Below, in pieces: positions 24,801 to 36,135 of a stretch of 64,000 bases of DNA (the stretch's first letter is position 1; each line of letters starts with the position of its first letter). This stretch comes from Paraspadella gotoi (lineage: Eukaryota > Animalia > Chaetognatha): positions 15,788,105-15,852,104 of the forward strand of contig CM119267.1 in assembly GCA_051294375.1 (NCBI GenBank), given 5' to 3'. The notes beneath the pieces were generated by a model that saw only the letters and a program-made list of their open reading frames with translations, had not been told where the DNA came from and made no database searches. The translations under genes were made by a program, and so were the position numbers.

Positions 24801-27800
24801 GTCTGACACTCATCCAAATCGATGCAATGAATTCCATCATCGGCTAATTGGTAACCAGATGGACACACACAACGGTAAGAACCGTAAGTGTTTACGCATC
24901 TGAATGCACATTCTGCTCCGAGCGGTTCATAGCATTCATCGATGTCACTGCACCGACCATGTGGTCCTGGAGCGAAACCTACGGCGCAATGGCATTCAAA
25001 GCCGCCGACAACGTTGTTACATGTACCATTACCGCAAATGCCTGCCTTTAAACATTCATTGTCATCTATGCAGCTTCGCCCACTTAAATCTAACCGATAA
25101 CCTAAAGGACATTCACATCTAAAAGATCCGTCTGTATTTACACACCTTCCTCCGTCACATATTTCTGGATCAACAAGGCACTCATTTATGTCGTCCATGT
25201 TGTCTGGAGGTCTCCCTAATCCTTTTGGGCATAAATCGGTAAATTGTCTTATATCTTGAACAGTTGGACATCGATAGCAATCTTGGTTTTTAAAACGCCA
25301 CCCTCCCATGCCAATACAACAGCATTCTGTAATAGTTGTATTAACTTTCGTGGGCTCGATACACTCTCGAGAAAATTTTCTAAAACAAATGCCCAATCTA
25401 ATATCTTTGCAAAAATCGCCTGTGGGTGAAAGTTCAAATCCATCTGGGCATTTACACAAAAAGCCACCTTCAGTGTTTGTACAGTCTCCGTTTTTACAAA
25501 TATTTACATTTGTACATTCATCAATATCTTCGCATTCCCTCTGATTAGAACCGACCTTGTATTGAAATCCCTTCGGGCAATTGCATTTATAAGTCCCCTC
25601 GGTATTCTCACAAACTGCATTGATACAAGCATCGCGAATTTCTTGGCATTCATCTGTATCTCTACAAATTCGTTTGTTATTCGAGAGAGTGTATCCCGGT
25701 TGGCACTGACAAGAATAACTTCCAGCAGTATTGATGCATCGGCCGTTTTGACAAATTCCTTGGATGCTACGACACTCGTCGATGTCGAAACAATCACCCT
25801 TTCCCGTCAACGCAAATCCCACATGACATTTGCAGTAAAAAGAACCGGCAGTATTTGTACAAGTGCCATTCCCGCATATGCCCGGCGACCGCGTGCACTC
25901 ATTTCTGTCGACGCATGTTTCTCCGTTAGGTGACAAATCATAACCCTGATTGCAGACGCACCGAAAGCTGCCCTCTAAATTATCGCAATTGCCTTTCTGG
26001 CAAATTCCTGGCTTGAAGCATTCATTCACATCCACGCAACTATGCGCGTCTCTGCCAAGCTCATACCCCTGCGGACATTGACAGGCGTAGCTGCCTTCGC
26101 TATTGATGCAAAATGAATTGCCATTGCAGGGATTGCGCTCATTACATTCATTAATATCCTCACAGGTGTGATGGGACTCCTTGTAAACGTAACCAGGATC
26201 ACAGATGCACCTGATCTTGTTGTTGGGCAGATTAACACATTTACCGTTTTGACAAACCATTGTCATTTCCTCGCACATGTCGTGCTGCTTGGTCTGTTCG
26301 GGGAATCCTGAATCTCCGTTTCCGTCAGGCCCTTTCCTCTCGCAGAGTCTCTTGTAGGCCTTTGTACCTTTAACGGGGCACGCCTCACAAGAGTTGCTCC
26401 AACCTTTGCCGAAGGTGCAGCAGCACATTTTTTTGGTCACTTGATTACCAACTACCCCGTTACAGACGAGTTCAAATGGCGGCGTCGTGGTGTTCAAAAC
26501 CTCCATAAAACAAATATCTCGTCGGACGTCCATGCAGTAAGGGCCGTCACCGTTGGGAACTAAGACGTAGCCATCTGGACAGATACATGTGTAACTACCG
26601 TCTTCATTGATACATCTACCGACTTCGCAAATATCTACATAAAAAAATGTATGCAGTTAATATTTTTTCTTTGCATCTATTATCGTTCAGCCAATCTCAT
26701 TGGCTCAGAGGGGGAACACATTATCCCAGGCGTTGTGTTCCATCCTGTCCTAACGACTTCCCTCTGCATTGCCAAAGCGAGAACGTCTTAGGGTGACCGC
26801 GCCAGTGACTGGAGGCGTCACTGAGGGTCGGAAGCCCCCAAAGCCAACAGTGGGATGCCCCATCCCAATGGGCATCACAAGCAACCCGGCTGTTGCTATA
26901 ATAGGTTTCTATATTTCGGACATTTCATTATAATTACCCGGCGTCATTTGGCATTCGTTCAAATCAACACAAGAAAGAGTCTTTGAATCCAGTTCAAAAC
27001 CTTTTTTGCAAGTGCACACGTAAGAGCCAAAGGTGTTCTTGCATATTCCACCACGGCAAAGGCCTACGTAAACAAAACTTTTTTTAATTTGTGATATTCG
27101 AAAAAAAATAAAAAGAATAAAAATTAGGGCACCGGGTAATTCTTCGCATTCGTTAATATCTTCGAGATTGACGGTGACTGGATGAGGTCTAAAACCTGGA
27201 CCTCCGGGACAAAGTTGGTCAAACTCGGTGGTGTTATGCGTCGGGCATACATCGCAATGTCTACCCCATCCTCGTCCAACGGAGCAACAACATGAGGCCT
27301 ATGACACAACTGTTCTTTATATCTCGAATTATCAAAAACAACAATAACAACAGATGCCATGCCTTACCTTCGTAAGTGTAGTCCCGATCTCTCGTCGGCA
27401 AGGTGTACCTTCTAAGTAACAGGTGTCGATGCGTACATCGACGCAGCCGTTTCCCGCCGGGTTAAGCTGATAATACGGCGGGCACTGGCAGAGGAATGAG
27501 CCTTGGGAGTTGATGCACGTTCCGTACTGACAATTTTCCGGGGTTTCGCACTCATTGACGTCAGTGCAATTACCGCCAGTATCGTCCAGTTTGTAGCCCC
27601 GTTCGCAAATACAACGGAACATGCCGAAGACGTTCTCGCACCTCAGAACAAAAAAAATTGAAATCTTCAATCATGCCACAAAAAGAAAAAAAAATCACCG
27701 AGGGGCGCGAACCCCACCCCATGTGTCGACAAACGATTAAAACTTACCTCCCGTAGACGCAGATATTATGAAAAAATTCGCACTCGTTGATGTCAACGCA

Positions 27801-30800
27801 ACTTTGTTGATTCTGATCTCCGGACGTGAATCCCATGTCGCACTCGCAACGAAATCCCCCTTGATGGTTGAGGCATTGTCCATTTTCACAAAGGTTGGGA
27901 TTTACCGAGCATTCATCAATGTCCTCGCATCTGCTGGGGAAAGTGTCCAATCAATCACAAATAAGAGGTCACGATTAATTCCAGGAAGTTCAAAGCCGCT
28001 TTAAACGTGCACTTAGGTACCTATTCAATGTGGAGATATACTACTGAGTAACCATATTACAGGCATGTAAGGTTTAGTTTTTAAATAGCTTACATATTAA
28101 AAATAAGAATTAAACAGGAGAAGCGAGCATAGAATATTTAACCTTATCCCGTTGCCGGCGAAGCCCTGATCACATTGACATCTGTGGCTGCCAGGGACAT
28201 TGATACAAGCAGCGTTGGGATGGCAGCCACCGTTGCGCGAGAGACATTCGTTGACGTCTCCGCAATTAGTTCCGTCTCCAGTAAATCCTTCACGGCACTG
28301 ACATTCGAACCCACCTATGTTTGCGTTCAAAAAGAAGACAAGGTTTCCTAAACTGATTTGCAAATAAAAATTATCAACACTTCAACAAAACCTTCGATGT
28401 TTCGACATTCGGCGTCGTTGTCGCAGTTATGTAGACCCGTTGAACATTCGTCGTCATCAGTGCAACCTTGTGTCCCGATATGTGGCTTGAAACTAGAGGC
28501 AAAATACAAATGATTTATGATGGACAATAAAAAGGAAAAAGCGAAAACAAGGAAAACAGGAAAACAAGCGAATAATTTTTAAAACCGTACCTGAAGCCAT
28601 CGTCGCATCGACAAACAAAGCTACCATAAGAATTTTCACATTCTCCGTTGGCGCAGACGTTTGGATTCAATGTGCATTCGTCAAGATCTTCGCATCTCTG
28701 TCGATCTTCGGAAATCTTGAGTCCGCCTTCGCAGATGCACATATAGCGACCTTTGAACAAAATTTATTTTTTTACTGTCCACGTATGAAGAATCATACTG
28801 ACGTAATTGTTAGATCATTGAATCTTTCATCACTCCACATTACGTATTGTTCACAGATAATTATCGGTAAAACCGGCGATTTATTGATATAACCTGGAAG
28901 ATTAGTGCATCTACCCCCAAAGCAAACATTTGGATTTTCGATACATTCATCAACGTCTCCACAGGAGCGCTTATCGGGCATCAGTTCGTGTCCCTCTTGA
29001 CAACCACACTCATAGGATCCCGGAGTGTTGGTGCAGATAGACTCGCATCCTCCATTAGCGAGGCTGTAGGAATGACACTAATACCGTAAATACGCCAGTA
29101 CACAACTCTTTAAATTGAAAAAAATATCATAATTACTTGGTAAAAAAATTATGATGCGGTGTTTCAAAGCAATTATTTTTTAATTTAATTAAATGAAATC
29201 TTTTACATGACTTTTCTTTCTGAGGGCAAAACGTGAATGAAAATTATTTTTACAGGCACTAGTTAAAAAATTAACAATAATTTGATAATAAAAAGAATAA
29301 AGTTTTTTAAATCAAATATCTATAAAACTGACTTAGAAGACTTCATCATGAATTATTTACCAAACATTTACACCTCCGGGCGAAAAACCAAAAAAATTAT
29401 CTTGAAGAGCTTTGAAATACGACAAGAATGACTTTAAAAGATGAATGACATCTTTTACGCTGTTCTACACTCTTTTAGCTGATTTAAATGTATCTATTTA
29501 ATCAGTATTTCATTTTACCTGCATTCGTCGATGTCTACGCAGGATGTACCGTCGGCCGAGGGTCGGAAACCCTCGTCGCAGATGCACCGAAAACTTCCCA
29601 TGTAATTTTCGCAAAATCCGTTGGAACAGGTGCCACTCTCTAAGGAGCATTCGTCGATGTCCTGGACGAGAGTCAGAATAAGTTACTTTTTCTTACTTCA
29701 GTCCACCTCGTTGTTTCTATCTTGATTTATTTTAACAGCAATTCACTCGTCACGGTCGTTGCGCTATAAAAACCATTCAAAAGACCTTGCACGCGTTTCC
29801 GTCGGGAGTGAGTTCGTGTCCGGATGGGCACTGACAAGTGTATGAACCGGGTTTATTCACGCAAGTGCCTCCTGCCAAAAAAGCCAATACAGTTAATTAC
29901 TAAACATTCAATCGTGCAGCGCGAATTGACTCGTTCTTTCGTCTGTCACCTCGACAAAGCGTCGGCAGTCTGAGGCATTCGTCCACATCCATGCACACGG
30001 CCATCATAGCCATGGACTCGTAACCCGGTTGACAGTCGCACGTAAATGACCCGGGAGTATTGACGCAGACACCTTTTCCGCAGACGCCGGGAGCAAGGGC
30101 GCACTCGTCAATGTCTGTGCAATTGGTGGCACGGGAGTCGAGAGCGAATCCGCTGGCGCAGTCGCACCTGAATGAGATCAAAGGATAGAATAGATAACTG
30201 ATTGATTTTTTTTCTTTTTTTTAAATTTCTGTACATTTCTTTCCTAAATTGTTTTTTGGGTTTTTTTAGTCTATTAAAAGCTTTTGAATTTTCAACACGC
30301 TTGATTATTTTGACAATTTCTGAGATTTGTTGACTAACCTAAAACTTCCAGGCGTGTTCCTGCACTTTCCGTTAAAGCAGAGCGAGGGGAACACAAAGCA
30401 CTCGTTAACGTCCCCGTCAGGACCAATGATGACGAGACCGCCGGGCCCGACGATCGTGCCTCCGGGGCCAACGGTTCCTCCGGGACCGAAAATGCCTCCT
30501 GGCCCGACGAAACCCCCGCCCGTCGTTAAATCGGTCAGTGTCGAGCATAAATCTTCCATTTTTTCTCCGCCCCGCCGCGGGCAAGGGAAGCAGGGGTCTC
30601 CCCATGCGGCACCGATTGTACAGCAACAGATGGCCTGACAAGAATTGTAACTTCTCGTGAACTTGAAGTTTTGGTTTTTTTCCTATTTTTGATTTGAAAT
30701 GCTATTTGATTTGTCATCTTTATTACTGACTTTTCCTATTTTGTATATTTTTTTTACAAATTTATACAATGCTTTACATACAGCTTAATTTGTAAGTTAC

Positions 30801-33800
30801 ATTTCTAATCAGTAATCACCTTTCTATGAACTCCCGGAAGTTGATGTCCACATCGCCCGCGATGATAATGAGTATAACAGGCGCCCAAACGAACGTCGAC
30901 GCAGCGTCTTCCGGTTTCATCTAGTGTCAAATCCTTCGGACAGATGCAACGAAAACTTCCTTCTGTGTTTACGCAGGTGCCGCCACCTGACAAGGTCGAT
31001 GAAAATCAATGTTTTTATTTAATTTTAAAATTTTGTAAGCTACATTGTTAAACAATTACAATAAGTTTATCTTCTCACAATTGTTTTTTATTCTCGTGAA
31101 CACATGAAATTTTCATCTTTCTCAACTGAAAAAAAATAATGTGAAAATGAAAAAAAAAACTTAAACATACATGTCTCATCTTCATTCTCATTTACTATTT
31201 TTAACGAAAATAAATAATCCTCAAAAAATTCAGAAGTATATAACACATGTACAAAAGATTATAATTTATTAATGATGTTGTGACGTTGAGGTCTTTTTTT
31301 AAAATGGTCGAGAATTCAAGACAGATGTCCAACTACTTTTTTTTTAAAGAGAACGAGATAATTAAAACAAAAAATTCGGACGTCATCACTCATGAGCCGC
31401 TCCAGTATATTTAATTGGATGTTGCGGCGAACAATATTTGTACTTTTGTTTTTAGGTCGTATGTGAAAATATGGAACTGACGATTAAAACGGAAAGTTAA
31501 TTTCCTGAATTAGCTAAATACTGATTTGTTTTTTCCATTATCAAATATATGTATAATTTTAAATTCTAAGGTAACTTCTCCAATCTGGGCTTTGATGGTT
31601 GTTGCTCTCGTCAATGCCGACAACCTGAGACTCAACTCACCCATGCATAGTCCGACGAAGAGATCACACTCATTGATGTCTACGCAGGCGACTCCGTTCT
31701 GAAGGACGTAACCGGGTGAGCACTTGCGTTCCTCGACGGAGGGGCAAAGTTCGCAGGGGCTACCCCACGCCACCCCTATAGTGGAGCAGCACTCCTCCTT
31801 TCTCATCGCTCCATTGACGTTCTCCTCACACCGGCCGGCATTGATCTTAGTCCAGCAGGTGCCGCGTCGGATATCGACGCAGACTCGGCCGGCCGGATTC
31901 AGGACAGCGCCGGGAGCGCGGCACTCGCATCGGAAGCTTCCCTTGGTGTTGACGCATTGGGCGTTGACGCAAGGCGGTTCAGGAGAGGCGCACTCGTCGA
32001 CATCTAGACACCCGCGCGCCCGCTCGCTATATGTCGTCCCCTGAGGGCAGATGCACGAGAAGGCGCCATTGGAGTTGCGACAGATGCCGTCTCGACACAC
32101 GAGGTCGAAATTGCGACATTCGTCGACGTCGATGCAGATCTTTTGTTCGGCGTCTGAGTGTTCGAAACCCCGGCGGCAGATACACCTAGCGGAGATGAAT
32201 TAAGTGAGAACGAGTAATAACATTTGGAGACTTTTTTTTATTAAAATAATACATTATATTTATAATTAGTTATTAGAGAAGTTCAAAAATCCTAATTATT
32301 AGTCACGACCTATTTCGCGGTTGGATAATTTAACATCTGTTCACCTCAACGATCTTTCACAACGCGAGGCAGCTATTTCCCATCAAGATTTTTTTTTAAT
32401 TCGGACGAAAAACCTCGCTGGTATTTCCTTCATGAAACTAACAATTTAAAAGCTATAACATTTCAAGCTAAATCAAACGAACAGCAATTCACTGTTTTAC
32501 CGAACTCGCAACTTCCGAAACCGAGAGCATCGGTTTTTACTTATGTAGCCGCACTCAATGGGGTGTGTCAAAAATTTATACATTTCTAAGTATACTTTCT
32601 TATATGGCTCTATACCCTAGTAATTAATCTTTTAATATTTATTTATAAATAGGAAAGGCCAAATATTTTTTTGACAAATTTTAAATTTTAAGACCAGATT
32701 CAGATAGCTTATAAAAAGTTGTCTACACAAAGTATTATTCATTTTTAAATATTTTTTTGATAAGAAGGTCAAAAATGAGAAAAACCATAAAAAATCGTCA
32801 TCATCATCATCTTTGAATGATTTTATAATTTTTGTAGATTTTTACAGAGAAAACTGTAATTATATTTCTTGTTTAACTTTTTATGCTCTATCAGAATCCA
32901 TAAAAAAATTTTAAGATTTCAAAAAAATATTTTTTCTTTATATAGTAATATAATCATTTTAATTTTAGGCTAGTACCCTAAGAAAAAATAATTTTGACAA
33001 AAAATATTTCAATACTATTATTATTATTTTAACGCTGTATACATTAGCATTTAAATTTCATCGGCTATGGCTAACATTATGGTGGACTAAAATCCACCAA
33101 CCGTTCATCAGCGGCCATTGGTGCCGGAGGCAAGTCATTCGCCTCCCAACCCAAAGGTCCGGGGTTCTAGCCCGGTGGTCGTCTGGCATTTAAGAGGGAC
33201 GGGGCGCTTAACCCGCCTGTAACTCGTGTTACAGCCTGATCCGAGCTCAGGGACTGCTTATATTGAACGGTTCTATCACTAACACATAATAATAATTACT
33301 GTCTCTTCATTGGTGAGCCCGACTTCCGAACACAACAGCAACAACAACACTTTCAGGCGACATGCCTCAACCTGGCGATGCACTTTCCCATCAACACATC
33401 AGGCGACATGCCTCAACTTGGTGACGCACTTTCCACCAACAACAACAACACACTGAAGAGACGCAACAGACTTCTCCCTACGGGAGGGGGGATGTATGGT
33501 GGACTAAAATCCACCAACCGTTCATCAGCGGCCATTGGTGCCGGAGGCAAGTCATTCGCCTCCCAACCCAAAGGTCCGGGGTTCTAGCCCGGTGGTCGTC
33601 TGGCAGTTAAGAGGGACGGCGCTTAACCCGCCTGTAACTCGGTGTTACAGCCTGATCCGAAGCTTATATTGAACGGTTCTATCACTAACACATAATAATA
33701 ATTACTGTCTCTTCAATATTAAGGCGGGCCAAAATTGATCACTTTTTATAAATTCTAGTACTCTAAAAAAAAAATCTTCTTTCCTTCTATTAGTATTACC

Positions 33801-35830
33801 AAATCGATTTTTAACGCAACTTTTTGAATTAGTTCATTGGGTAGTTGGAATGAAGTTTTTAAATATTCATTAATATATAATAAATGACAAGATTTTTTTT
33901 TAATTTTTATTTTTTAAGAACGGATTCCTATACACCTTAAAAAATTAATAAAAAATTTAAAACTTTAATTAGTAATAAAATAATTTTTAAATGCTTCCAG
34001 GCGCTTATCAATAAGACAAATTTTAAAAATTATTTTCATTTCAATCTTTTAACAGTCACTTGACCATTATCTATTTGAGAGAATTCTAGTTTTCAACCTG
34101 TTCGGCCTAATGTTCATGTATAATAACTTAACGTAAACGCAATACAAATTTTAATAATAATCGAAATCAGCCCAAACAGAACTGGATAAATTCGTCTCGT
34201 TCGCACCTGTAGGACATGAAGAGGTTCTCGCAGTCTCCGTTGACGCAAATTCCAGGATTAACGATGCACTCATTCACGTCCTCTTTGTCCGTCGTCAGAC
34301 CGGGCAATGGACAAAGATCTTGGTATTCCGTGGTTCCAGGCGTCGGGCAAGGTCGGCAGGGAGCGCCCCATGCGGGCGTCATGCCGGGAACGGACGTCAT
34401 ACTGCAGCAGCAGGCGCTGCGAGTGACCGGAGCGGGTAGGGAGGAGCCACACCGGCCACCCGCGTAATCCTTAGAGGACCGAATGAAAGTTAAAAAGAAA
34501 AGATTAGAATAGCCAGAATTATTAAATTCAAAATAGGAGAAAATCATGGCGGAACCTTGAAGCATAAATCCTTCCTCGTTTCTTGACACGTTTTTCCATC
34601 GGGACCGAGAACATCAAATCCGTCCAAGCAGACGCACTCATAACTTCCCGGGGTGTTTCGACACTTGGCGTGCACGCACGCGTTAGGTCCTTCCGAACAC
34701 TCATCAATGTCCACGCAGCGATGGCCCGTGTCGTCAAGAGCGTAGCCCGGCTGGCATAGGCACTTAAAGGCTCCTTCCGTGTTGACGCAGCGCCCGCCGC
34801 CACACATACCGTCGGTCGAACACTCGTTCGTGTCCACGCAGAACGTGCCGTCGGGGGTGCGAGAAAAGCCGGGCCGGCACTCGCAGCGGTAACCGCCCAT
34901 AGTGTTGAGGCAAAAACCTTGCCCGCACAAATTAGGACCGTTTTCCAAGCATTCGTCCACGTCAACACATACGGGCACTAAACCATTCTGGGGCGCAAAG
35001 CCCTTGTCGCAAAGACAATTGTAACCACCTTCCCGGTTACGGCATAGCCCATTGGGGCAGACGTCGCCGGCGGCACACTCATCCACGTCCAGACAAGATT
35101 TGCCATCCTCGGCAGCACGGTAGCCCGTTTCGCACTTGCACGTAAAGGTCCCGTCCATGTTGAAACAACGCCCATGACGGCACGCGCCTGGCACGGCGCA
35201 TTCATTGACGTCGAGACATTTGCCTGACGGATCGAGCTCAAACCCCGGTTTGCACTGGCAGTAGAAGGCGCCATTGACGTCCACGCAATCGCCACCGCGC
35301 CCGCAGGTTGTATCAGTGCAACGAAGCTGTTTGCCTGGTTCCGGGCCTGGCCCGTCGCCGCCCCCATCACTACCGTTTGGGCCGCCGTCGCCTCCTCCGC
35401 CGCTGCCGGGGTCTCGCCGGCACATGGCTATGAATGCCTGTGTGCTGCGACCCGGACACTGTCGGCAAACCTCTCCATCCTGCCATCCCTTTCCGCGGCC
35501 GCAGCAGCAATCTCGTTGAGTCATCGGCCGTGGTTCCGGGTTGACGCATCGTTCGTTTTGGATACCGCTGAAACAGAAAGATCGACGCTCGTCGATACAT
35601 GAGGCGCCGTTTGGACCCAAGCTGAACCCGCGGTCGCACCGGCAGCGGTAGCTTCCCTGTGGGAAAGAGGGAGTTTTCTCAATGACCACGCTTAAAGAAA
35701 AAAATGGCAAAAAATTAAATAATTAATTAATTAATATATAAGGAGAGAAAACAACAATTGGCTTCTTTGTTGATTCAATTATTGAAAAAATAAATATATA
35801 TGAAAGAAAAAGGAAGGAATAAAGGAAGAG

Positions 35831-35901
<71 letters not shown>

Positions 35902-36084
35902 GAGAAAGAAAGAAAAGAAAAAGTATCTGAAAAAAAAAAGAATGAAAGAAAATAATAATAGGGAAAAAGAAAAAAAATTAGAGTCCGGGCGATGGGAACA
36001 ACGAATCTCCGCTTTTTACTCAGATCCAAAGTCATAAATCAACAGATTTTCCGCTCACCGCTTCGCTCTCGTAAAAATAGCTGG

Positions 36085-36135
<51 letters not shown>

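Noticed and set aside
29940-29960. Apparent RGD (LCRGDRR) in the fibrillin ORF translation
   Set aside because: The D lies past the splice donor (G|gtgac); the spliced protein reads LCRGGTC.
24212-35639. Plus-strand and alternate-frame ORFs overlapping fibrillin exons
   Set aside because: Shadow ORFs of Cys-rich or GC-rich coding sequence with no independent motifs.
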